DNA of 64,000 bases from an uncultured Prevotella sp. (GTDB lineage Bacteria > Bacteroidota > Bacteroidia > Bacteroidales > Bacteroidaceae). A program made the translations under genes and the position numbers. The stretch covers positions 17,863-81,862 of the forward strand of contig UQFS01000014.1 in the NCBI GenBank assembly GCA_900540375.1, given 5' to 3'. The notes under the pieces are model-generated. The model was not told where the DNA came from. It made no database searches and was given only the letters and a program-made list of their open reading frames with translations. Shown piece after piece: positions 30,284 to 39,400 of the stretch (position 1 is the stretch's first letter; each line of letters begins with the position of its first letter).

Positions 30284-30324
30284 GGTTTGTCGGTATTGAT
30301 CATTATTAAAGCGATATTTCTATT

Positions 30325-30951
30325 ATGGAACATTTCTTTGGATTATTTTTCAGGTCGATCTTTGTCGACAACATGATATTCGCCTTCTTCCTCGGCATGT
30401 GCTCTTTCCTGGCTGTGTCGAAGAATGTGAAGACATCATTTGGATTGGGTATGGCCGTGACCTTCGTGTTATTGGTCACCGTGCCCGTTGACTATCTGCT
30501 TCAGGTGCATGTCTTGGGTCCGGACTGCCTCGTCAAGGGCGTTGACCTGAGCTATCTGAGTTTCATCTTGTTCATTGCTATTATTGCCGGTATCACGCAG
30601 TTGGTGGAGATGGCTGTGGAGAAGTATAGCCCTTCACTCTATTCGGCATTAGGCATCTTCCTGCCTCTGATTGCCGTGAACTGCTGTATCATGGGTGCTT
30701 CGCTGTTCATGCAGCAGCGCATCAACATGGATCCGTCGAGCGCTCAGTACATTGGCTCCGTGTGGGACAGCATCGGTTACGCACTCGGTAGCGGACTGGG
30801 GTGGACGTTGTCCATCGTGTCCATGGGTGCCATTCGCGAGAAGATGGAGTATAGCGATGTGCCAAAGCCATTGCAGGGTATGGGTATCACCTTCATCACT
30901 GTTGGCCTCATGGCCATGGCCATGATGTGCTTCTCGGGTATTAAATTTTAA
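30325..30951 (+). CDS. nqrE: Na+-NQR subunit E
   Basis: 208 aa membrane protein. Confidence 0.9.
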   Translation: MEHFFGLFFRSIFVDNMIFAFFLGMCSFLAVSKNVKTSFGLGMAVTFVLLVTVPVDYLLQVHVLGPDCLVKGVDLSYLSFILFIAIIAGITQLVEMAVEKYSPSLYSALGIFLPLIAVNCCIMGASLFMQQRINMDPSSAQYIGSVWDSIGYALGSGLGWTLSIVSMGAIREKMEYSDVPKPLQGMGITFITVGLMAMAMMCFSGIKF

Positions 30952-30970
30952 GGAGAAGAAAACATAGATT

Positions 30971-32239
30971 ATGGGACAGTTTATATCAGTAAGTATTGCA
31001 GTCTTCCTTGCTGCGATTCTCCTTTTGGTCATCATCCTGCTTATCGCGAAGAAATATCTCTCGCCCAGCGGTAACGTGACCATCACAATCAATGGCGACA
31101 AGAAACTCACGGTGTCTCAGGGCGACAGCCTGATGTCTACGCTCAATGCCAATGGCATCTTCCTGCCCTCTGCCTGCGGTGGAAAGGCCAGTTGCGGACA
31201 GTGCAAGGTACAGGTGCTCAGCGGTGGCGGTGAGATCCTCGATTCAGAGCGCCCGCACTTCACGCGTAAGCAGATCAAGGAGCATTGGCGTCTGGGATGC
31301 CAGACGAAGGTCAAGGGCGATTTCGACATTAAGATTCCGGAGTCTATCCTTGGTGTGAAAGAGTGGGAGTGTACCGTCATCTCCAACGAAAACGTTTCAA
31401 GCTTCATCAAGGAGTTTAAGGTGGCGTTGCCGCCGGGTGAGCACATGGACTTCATCCCTGGCTCCTATGCTCAGATCAAGATTCCGGCTTACGGCTGTAT
31501 CGACTATGATAAGGACTTCGATAAGAGTATGATTGGCGATGACTATATCGGAGCTTGGAAAAAGTTCAATATCTTCTCGTTGAAAGCTCATAACCCAGAG
31601 CCTACCGTGAGAGCTTATTCCATGGCCAACTATCCTGCCGAGGGCGATATCATCACGCTGACCGTGCGTATCGCTTCCACGCCGTTCTTGCCAAGACCGC
31701 AGGTGGGCTTCCAGAATGTGCCGACAGGTATCGGCTCGTCTTACATCTTCAGTCTCAAGCCTGGTGACAAGGTGATGATGAGTGGTCCTTATGGTGACTT
31801 CCATCCTCGCTTTGACACTGGCAAGGAGATGATTTGGATTGGCGGCGGTGCCGGTATGGCTCCTCTGCGTTCTCAGATCATGCACATGACCAAGACGCTG
31901 CACTGCACCGACCGTGAGATGCATTTCTTCTATGGTGCCCGTTCGCTGACAGAGGCTTTCTTCTTGGAGGACTTCTGGGAACTGGAGAAGGAATTCCCCA
32001 ACTTCCACTTCCATCTCTCTCTCGACCGTCCTGATCCCAAGGCCGATGCAGCCGGTGTGAAGTATTATGCCGGCTTTGCGGTGAACTGCATCCGCGACAC
32101 CTATCTCAAGAATCACGATGCGCCGGAAGACTGCGAGTACTACCTCTGCGGCCCTCCAATGCTGATCAAGACCGTGACCGACTACCTTGATTCTCTCGGC
32201 GTGGAGCCTGAGAATATTATGTACGACAACTTCGGGTAA
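30971..32239 (+). CDS. nqrF: Na+-NQR subunit F (2Fe-2S ferredoxin plus FAD/NADH-binding reductase)
   Basis: 422 aa. There is an N-terminal TM, a 2Fe-2S motif (CGGKASCGQCKV) and a ferredoxin-reductase-type C-terminus. Confidence 0.92.
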   Translation: MGQFISVSIAVFLAAILLLVIILLIAKKYLSPSGNVTITINGDKKLTVSQGDSLMSTLNANGIFLPSACGGKASCGQCKVQVLSGGGEILDSERPHFTRKQIKEHWRLGCQTKVKGDFDIKIPESILGVKEWECTVISNENVSSFIKEFKVALPPGEHMDFIPGSYAQIKIPAYGCIDYDKDFDKSMIGDDYIGAWKKFNIFSLKAHNPEPTVRAYSMANYPAEGDIITLTVRIASTPFLPRPQVGFQNVPTGIGSSYIFSLKPGDKVMMSGPYGDFHPRFDTGKEMIWIGGGAGMAPLRSQIMHMTKTLHCTDREMHFFYGARSLTEAFFLEDFWELEKEFPNFHFHLSLDRPDPKADAAGVKYYAGFAVNCIRDTYLKNHDAPEDCEYYLCGPPMLIKTVTDYLDSLGVEPENIMYDNFG

Positions 32240-32278
32240 GCCAATGCAAACCCAAGGAAACTATATATAAACCGTAAG

Positions 32279-32305
32279 AAAGCCGCTGATTTTCAGCGGC
32301 TTTCG
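32279..32305 (+). terminator. Terminator hairpin after nqrF (agccgctg atttt cagcggct)
   Basis: Perfect 8-bp stem with a T-containing tail. It is flanked on both sides by a repeated tatatataaac motif. Confidence 0.5.
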
Positions 32306-32421
32306 GCGTATATATAAACTTCGGTTGTTGTGGTTTGGATAGGGTTTATTATGGTTTATTAGGGCTGATATTGTCACCCAAGTGTCACCGGAAAGTGTCA
32401 CCTAAAACTAAGTTATGCGAT

Positions 32422-33561
32422 ATGACGAAAAAGAATTATGATTTCGAGCCTGTACATATCAGGTCAAAGAAGATTTCGGGCGGCAGGAGGTCGCTCTACC
32501 TTGACATCGTGAGTGATGGCGTGAGGTCAAGGGAGTTTTTGAAGCTTTACCTTTTGCCGGAGGACGGGAAGGGTGCCAAGACTGCCAACAGTGCAGTGAT
32601 GAGAATGGCGGAAGAGATGAAGGCCAAGCGCACACTGGAGGTGATGCGTGATGGTTTACAGATTGAGGATCATTCTAAGGGCAGCGTGGTACTCGTGGAT
32701 TGGCTAAAGGAGCAGCAGGCGTACTACAAGGCGCATGACAACAAGAACTATTCCCGGACGATAGGTAATCTCATCGTGCATCTGGGTAAACATGCCAAGA
32801 AGGGGCTGAGGCTGAAAGATGTTACTCCGAAGTTCCTGAGGGGTTTCCTTGAATACCTCCGGGGCGACAACGTGAACAAGTATGGCGGCAGACTGTGCCC
32901 TGAGACTATCTACACGTACTTCACGGTGTTCGCTATCCTGATGAACAAGGCGGTGAGGCTGGAGATGATACCAAGCAACCCGTTTCACAAGCTGTCGCAG
33001 GCGGAAAAGCCTCAGCGGCGGACGAAGAAACGGGAGTTCCTGACAATGGAGGAACTACAGAAGCTTGCAAAGGCGGAGTGCGACGACTGGCGGGTGAAGA
33101 AGGCTTTCATGTTCTGCTGCTTCACCGGACTCCGTTACATCGACGTGTCGAGGTTGAAGTGGAAGCACATTCAGAAGCTTGGCGACGGAACGTACCAGAT
33201 GGACATGATGCAGAAGAAGACGCAGGAGCCAGTGTATGTGCCGTTGTCGAAGAATGCCATCAGGTGGTTGCCGGAGAGGGGCGACAACGGCAGGGAGAAC
33301 TACGTCTTCCAGTTCCAGGACCGCAGCATCATCTACAAGTATTTGCAGGATTGGGGCAAGCGTGCCGGGATAGAGAAGCACCTCATCTTCCACATGAGCC
33401 GCCACACGTGCGCCACGATGTTGCTGTACTATGGTGCGGACCTCTACACGGTGAGCAAGATACTTGGGCATACGTCGATAAAGAGTACGCAGATATACGC
33501 AAAGGTCGTTGACGGCATGAAAAGGAAGGCTGTTGACAATGTACCAGAGTTGGACGTATAG
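32422..33561 (+). CDS. Tyrosine-type site-specific integrase; the ORF is open from 32335 but the probable start is ATG at 32422
   Basis: It has the C-terminal catalytic box HMSRHTCATMLLYYGADLYTVSKILGHTSIKSTQIYAKV (R...HxxR...Y). The N-terminal arm-binding-like domain is typical of Bacteroidales phage/CTn integrases. Confidence 0.9.
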   Translation: MTKKNYDFEPVHIRSKKISGGRRSLYLDIVSDGVRSREFLKLYLLPEDGKGAKTANSAVMRMAEEMKAKRTLEVMRDGLQIEDHSKGSVVLVDWLKEQQAYYKAHDNKNYSRTIGNLIVHLGKHAKKGLRLKDVTPKFLRGFLEYLRGDNVNKYGGRLCPETIYTYFTVFAILMNKAVRLEMIPSNPFHKLSQAEKPQRRTKKREFLTMEELQKLAKAECDDWRVKKAFMFCCFTGLRYIDVSRLKWKHIQKLGDGTYQMDMMQKKTQEPVYVPLSKNAIRWLPERGDNGRENYVFQFQDRSIIYKYLQDWGKRAGIEKHLIFHMSRHTCATMLLYYGADLYTVSKILGHTSIKSTQIYAKVVDGMKRKAVDNVPELDV

Positions 33562-33924
33562 TTTTGCCCTCTCGCATGCGCGCACGCGCGTATCACCATC
33601 ATCATCAACTAAGATTATTATTAATAATATTATCTATAAATATAAATAATAACACGCACGCGCGAGAGACGTTGGTGATGGTGGTGAAAAACAATTCAAA
33701 AACAATTCGAGCCGATTTGTTTTCATGTTTTTGCACGAAGTTGGAAGCAAATGCGCACGAATTGTTTTTGCTTTTTGTTCGACTTTGTTTCAGTCTGTCT
33801 TTGTAACTTATTGATAATCAAGCAAAGTTAAAATCAATTCTGCATGAATTGTTTTAGAATTGATTTTGGAATTGTTTTAGAATTGATTTTGGAATTGTTT
33901 TAGCCTTAAAAAGGGCATAAAAAA

Positions 33925-33952
33925 GAGGGCAGCCGCAATGGCTGTCCTCTAT
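33925..33952 (-). terminator. Terminator hairpin for the minus-strand gene at 34007-34345
   Basis: On the minus strand gaggacagccattgcggctgccctc is followed by TTTTTTATGCCC. Confidence 0.5.
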
Positions 33953-34006
33953 AAGTAGACGGAAGTAGATGAGTGGGCAGATACTTCCGTCCGGGGGAGG
34001 AAAGAG

Positions 34007-34345
34007 TTATTCTTCTTCGGGCTCTTGTGAGAGCTTTAAGAGTTTGTCTTCGATAGTTACCTTTGTGTCGGGCATGTTGACATCGACGGAGGTGCTCTGC
34101 ATCTTCGGCGTGTGGAACTCCATGAGCTTTACTTCGATTTGTGCCCGTTCGGCGGCCTTCATCATTGCGAGGTCCATGTCGAGCTGTGAGAGCATAGAGT
34201 GTTCGCCGGTCTCTTCGTCGACGACATCATGTGGTGTGATGTAGGCAAGGGAGTGGTCGCGAAGAATAGCCTTGATAGCTTTCTTCTGCGGCGTGTCCTT
34301 GTTTGGCGTGCCCTTTGTGCGTCCACCTGTTTTCTTACCTTTCAT
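34007..34345 (-). CDS. Hypothetical protein with a basic N-terminus (possible DNA-binding, excisionase or regulator candidate)
   Basis: 112 aa. The N-terminus is lysine/arginine rich (MKGKKTGGRTKGTPNK) and the C-terminus is acidic. The gene is divergent from 34436 and sits between operator-like repeats. Confidence 0.35.
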   Translation of the reverse strand: MKGKKTGGRTKGTPNKDTPQKKAIKAILRDHSLAYITPHDVVDEETGEHSMLSQLDMDLAMMKAAERAQIEVKLMEFHTPKMQSTSVDVNMPDTKVTIEDKLLKLSQEPEEE

Positions 34346-34388
34346 CAGCGTATAAGTTATATCAGCGTATAAAGTTAAACTCGTTGTG

Positions 34389-34410
34389 CAAAGGTAAAGC
34401 TTTACCTTTG
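34389..34410. promoter_or_regulatory. Perfect 22-bp palindrome (caaaggtaaag ctttacctttg) between divergent genes; candidate operator
   Basis: Read directly: 11-bp arms with no spacer. Confidence 0.45.
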
Positions 34411-34435
34411 AGCGATAAATTTAAGTTTATACAAT

Positions 34436-34915
34436 ATGGGAATAGTAGGCTCAGCAGTAGGCGCAGCTGGTGCCGTTTTCGGCGGTATCAGCGCAAGCAA
34501 GGCGATCAAGAAGATGAAGCGCAACATCGAGGCTCAGCGCAAAAAGAACCAAGACTGGTACGACCAGCGGTATAACGAGGATGCCACACAGCGTGCTGAC
34601 GCTCAGCGTGTGCTCAGTCAGACGCAGGACATGCTGAAACGTCAGACAGACGCTGCGGCGGGCAGTGCTGCCGTTGGCGGTGGCACAGACGAGAGCGTGG
34701 CGCAGGCAAAGGCTCAGGCTAACGAGACTTTGGGCAATGTGATGAGCAACATCAACGCTCAGGCAGACGCACGCAAGGACGAGATAGAGCAGACCTATCA
34801 GGCTAACGACAATGCCTTTGTGGAGCAGCTGAACAACTTGGAGCAAAAAAAGGCTGAGAATATCAGTCAGGCTGTTCAAGGCGTTACTAATGCAGCGAGC
34901 AAAATGCCGTGGTGA
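34436..34915 (+). CDS. Hypothetical protein with a glycine-zipper N-terminal helix and a coiled-coil body
   Basis: 159 aa. The N-terminus is MGIVGSAVGAAGAVFGGISASKAI and the rest is Q/A-rich and predicted helical. Confidence 0.35.
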   Translation: MGIVGSAVGAAGAVFGGISASKAIKKMKRNIEAQRKKNQDWYDQRYNEDATQRADAQRVLSQTQDMLKRQTDAAAGSAAVGGGTDESVAQAKAQANETLGNVMSNINAQADARKDEIEQTYQANDNAFVEQLNNLEQKKAENISQAVQGVTNAASKMPW

Positions 34916-35008
34916 ATCAAAGCGGATTGTTTTCGTATTCAATTCTGAAACAATACGAAAACAATTCGCCATTCTTTGTTTTTGAATTGAATAAGAATTG
35001 TTTTTCAA

Positions 35009-36448
35009 ATGGCACAGAAAGACGTAACAATCAATGATATTTTGAACGGCGGAAAAGGCTCACCGGGCAATGGAGGCACGACTGCCACCGGCACGACCAG
35101 GGGCACTGACACCACATCGTCGCAACCGCCCGCTACTGGAGGCGGAAGTACCGCCACCCCTCCTGTTGACGGCGCACAAGGTGTTGTTGACTTTGGCAAT
35201 AGTGCGAGTGCGCAGCCAAAGAAGCCTGTAACGACCGCAGAGGCGACCGACCCGACACAAGCCGCCATCAACCTTGTGGAGCAGCAGCAGGCGCAGCAGG
35301 CACCTACGCCTGCCAGCACGGGTAATTTCACACCTAACGTGCAGACCACTACTCATTCCTCCACCGCCTCCACCACCGGTAACACAACCACTTCCACCAC
35401 CGGTAACACCACCACTACCCCCACCGGCAGTAATGGTGATGTTGGCAAGGATAAGGACGCAGCAGCGGTGGACACAGAGCCGCAGGACAGTAAGAAGAAG
35501 TCGGCGATGTCGTATGCTGACATGTTCGCGGCTATGGAGCCATACAAGGAGCCGACCAAGGAAGAGCTGGAGAAGGAGCGGAAGAAGGAGAAGCGTGAGC
35601 GTCTCTTCGCCGCCATCGGCGACGGCATATCGGCACTTAGCAACCTCTTCTTCACTACCCAGTATGCCCCGAATATGTACGACCCCAATAAGGAGACGAA
35701 CAGCGAGCGTGTTGAAAACTACTGGACGAACCTTAAAAAGGAGCGTGAGGCGAACAGGCAGCGTTATGTGGACGGATACATCAAAGCCAAGCAAGCCGAC
35801 GACCTTCACGCCATACAGCAGCAGAATGCCGACGCAGCAGCCGAATGGAAGAAGGCGGACACTGAGCGCAAGAATGCCATTGCCAAGGCACAGGGCGAGG
35901 TGCTTGCAGCCCGTGCAGCCAAAGACCAGTCAGCCGCCGACCTTGCCGCTAAGAAATTGGAGTACCTCATAGCAGGTTGGCCGGAGGAGCAAGCCAAGAA
36001 GCAGGCTGAAATCGACCTGCTGAAAGCAAAGAAAAAGCAGGCTGACGCACAGACGAACAACGCGAATGCCTCAGCAGACGAGCACCGCAGACGTGGAACA
36101 GCGTCGTGGGTAGGCGGCAGTAGCGACAAGGGCGGCAACTCTGGCGGCAAGGGCGGCAAACCTTACGCTACGCTCAACGGTGTGCCCTACGCATCGAAAG
36201 CAGACTACGAGAGAGCGGTTGTCAGCTATGCTAAACAGTATGGCATTCCTTTGCAATATAAGAAGAAGGGCGGTGTTGGTGGAATGACTGAGACGACTAC
36301 CAACAGAACTATTGCCAGCCTTGCCTCGGATGTAGAGGCTCTTTACAGGAAGACACACGCAAAGTCGAAGCCGAATGCACCATCCAAGCCAGCCAAGAAA
36401 GGCGGTGGTGCCAAGGGCGGCAACTGGGCATCAGGGCTTAAATTATAA
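35009..36448 (+). CDS. Hypothetical low-complexity protein (T/N/G-rich N-terminus, central K/E coiled coil, glycine-rich C-terminus)
   Basis: 479 aa. It contains TTGNTTTSTTGNTTTTPTG repeats and the stretch KEELEKERKKEKRER. It lies immediately upstream of the giant gene. Confidence 0.4.
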   Translation: MAQKDVTINDILNGGKGSPGNGGTTATGTTRGTDTTSSQPPATGGGSTATPPVDGAQGVVDFGNSASAQPKKPVTTAEATDPTQAAINLVEQQQAQQAPTPASTGNFTPNVQTTTHSSTASTTGNTTTSTTGNTTTTPTGSNGDVGKDKDAAAVDTEPQDSKKKSAMSYADMFAAMEPYKEPTKEELEKERKKEKRERLFAAIGDGISALSNLFFTTQYAPNMYDPNKETNSERVENYWTNLKKEREANRQRYVDGYIKAKQADDLHAIQQQNADAAAEWKKADTERKNAIAKAQGEVLAARAAKDQSAADLAAKKLEYLIAGWPEEQAKKQAEIDLLKAKKKQADAQTNNANASADEHRRRGTASWVGGSSDKGGNSGGKGGKPYATLNGVPYASKADYERAVVSYAKQYGIPLQYKKKGGVGGMTETTTNRTIASLASDVEALYRKTHAKSKPNAPSKPAKKGGGAKGGNWASGLKL

Positions 36449-36470
36449 CGATCATCAAAGACTATAAGAT

Positions 36471-39400
36471 ATGCCATTAGATAAAGGTAAACTTCAAAAG
36501 TTGTACTCCACTCTCCAGCAGGGCGGATACTCACAGAGCTATGATGAGTTTGAGAAAGGCTTCACGGGTAATGACAACTACCCCAACAGAAAGAAGGTCT
36601 ATGACCTCCTGACCGAGCATGGAGCTAACATCGGTAAAACGTATGAGGACTTCATGGGTAAGATGCAGGCACCGCCTCAGCCTTCCCAGCCTCAGCATCA
36701 GAACACCCCGGCACCGGCTCCTAAGCCTCAGCCGAAGCCAAAGGGCGGCGGCATGACTGCGGCTGAGCGTGCGCAATTCATCCGGAATGCCCAAGGCATT
36801 GTGCATCAAAGTGCAGCCGGACTCCAACGCGCGAAAAACCAGATGGACTATGCCAACAGCAACCGTGGGTTGAAAGTGGACCCCGTGCATTTGGGCCAGA
36901 ACGCGAAGGTAGTCAGGCGACATGTTAACGGCACGGTGGCAAAACCGCGTCCCGTCTTCGATGTTGCTCCTGAACAGCAGCCGGGCGACACCTACTTGAC
37001 CGAGAGCGGCAATGAGTTTGCCAGCCGAGCCGAGGCAGACACCGAGCAGAATGCCGTTGACCAGTATCGCTATGACCAGAGCGAGACCGGGCAGTTGAAT
37101 AATGCCTATGCCGAAGCAGAGAGGCTTGACAAGCTCTTGGAACAGCATGGTAAGGAACTCGACGATGAGAATAGAGACAAATGGTGGCGAGATCTTCCCC
37201 GTGGCGGTGGCGGTGCTGTCAGTACGATGAACGCCAACGACAACAACGGTCGCATGACCGATACCGAATACCTCAATTTATTGGCAGCACGCAAGAAGGT
37301 TGACGAGCAGATTAGAGACCTGAAGGCGGCGCGAGACGAGAAGACAGGCACCTTCCTTGGCGGACTGTGGCGTGGCTTCCGCGACTATGCCTTTGACCCG
37401 TCGAACTGGGACAACGGCTATAGTGACTTGCTGACTACCTCAGCCATGCTCCGTGCAAAGACAGGAGCTGCACAGACACCGAGAGAGAAAGCTTCCGAGC
37501 GCATGATGATGGAGGATACCTACAAGGCAGGTGTTGCAGCTCAGCAGGCAGAAAAGGTGCTTGGCAATGGCTACCGCTTTATGAGGATATGCGCACAGTC
37601 GCTGCCATTCGCACTCCAGTTTATGGCAGGCAATGCAACCGGCATGATAGGCGGGCTGACAAGAGCCGGTGAGGGCATGGGCGTGAAGCTGGCCCGTAAG
37701 ATAGCCATCAAGCAGGGAGCCAACAACATGATGCGCAATATTGGTCGCAGCGTGTTGAAAAATACCGGCGTTGCGCTTGGTGACCTTGGAGCAGCCACTG
37801 CACTTTCAAATACTATTCAAGCAGCACAGACATGGGCTGACATAGGTCATAGATATGCTGGTGATGTTACCTACGACCCTAAAACCGGCGATTATAAGCT
37901 TGAAGGAGGCAAGAGCCTCGGACGTTCTATCTATGAAGGTGAAGCCAATTCTATCATTGAGAACTACACCGAGCAGCTTGGCGAGCACATGCACCTTGGC
38001 AAGTTTGCTTCTTCCGCATTAACGAAGATGGGACTTGGCAGAGTGAGCAACTGGTTTACCAAGGTCGGCAAGAGTGAGTTCATGCAGGGCGTGAACAAAT
38101 ACATGAAGATGGCTAGCTTCAATGGTTATCCGCAAGAAGTGATGGAGGAAGAGGTAGGCATACCCCTTCATGCCATCTTTGACGGTGGAAACAAGATGAG
38201 TGACTTGCTTGACGGCAGGCAGCAACTTGACATCGTAGGCGGCATGCTGTTCTCAATGGCAGGTATGGGCGGTGCGTCGATGGTGATGCAGGGCGGACAT
38301 AAGGCGGCAATGGCAGTCCAGTACCACCAAGACCAACACAAACTCGACAATGCCGATAAGGTAGCGTCGTTCAGGCTCACGGCAGACAAGTGGGCACCCA
38401 TCAAGGAAGAGATTGACGGTACTACCAATGAGGATTTCGGCAAGGTGATGAAGGATGTACTCAGCAATGACGAGCTATCCGACCAAGAGAAGCAAGCCGT
38501 GTGGGACTATGCCCAGCGGCTTGTCATCATGCGTGGGCATAACATGGGTCAGGAGGCTGCTACTCGCAACGGCATGACCGATAAGGAGACCAATGCAGCC
38601 AACGAGAGCTACACACAAGGCTACAACACCACCGACGCAACGGCGATGAACGATGCGAAGAACAGACTGGCAGCTGCTCAGCAGAAGTTCGATGAATATA
38701 TGGAGCAGACGGGCCGCGAGCGTTGGGAAGGTGAACCGAGTATGCAGGACATACAGCATCGTCACCGAGACGCACAGAGTCTATTGAATGACAAGTGGGC
38801 TGACGGCACTCCAGTATATAATGAAAACGACGAGGAATACAAGCTTGCTCAGGCTGTTGTCAATGCCCAGCAGGAGTATGAGGGCATGATGCAGCGTGTG
38901 AGGGACGATATAGACGACGAGGTTCAGCAGACAGGAGCCATCTATGACAGCCGTACGAATGACCAAGGCGTTATTCAGTCGGCGACGCTGAAGGCGCAGA
39001 ACCCGGACGGCACCGACAAGAAGGTGTATATCACCAGCGGCAATGTCGTAATGACCGACGACGGGAAGAGCGTTGACAATCAGAAGAGCGACATGAGTAT
39101 TGTCGTTGTCGATGAGGACGGCAAGGTTCAAATGATTTCTCCTGATGAACTATTCTCCCTTGACACGCCGATAGACGGTGCTCAGGCAAAACAGCAAGCC
39201 ATTGACGCTATCCAGCAGAGCAAGGCGCAGGAAGCCGCAGATAAGATAAACGGCAAGGTCAATCTTACCGCAGGCAACACCTATACCCTTACGGACAACA
39301 CCGGACAGCAGATAGAGGCTACCATCGTTGCTGACGGTCAGACAGGAGCCGTGCAGAACCCTGACGGCACCGTTAACGTGAGCATGAACGGAAAGGTTGT

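Noticed and set aside
32335-32421. N-terminal 29 codons of the integrase ORF as annotated by the track
   Set aside because: The ORF is open from 32335, but there is no ATG before 32422 in frame. The region holds the GTGTCACC repeat array, so the start was moved to the MTKKNYDF Met.
33564-33806. 80 aa ORF immediately after the integrase
   Set aside because: It is translated straight through the GC-alternating/AT-tract repeat structure (product HHHHQLRLLLIILSININNNT...). It is almost certainly non-coding regulatory or structural DNA.
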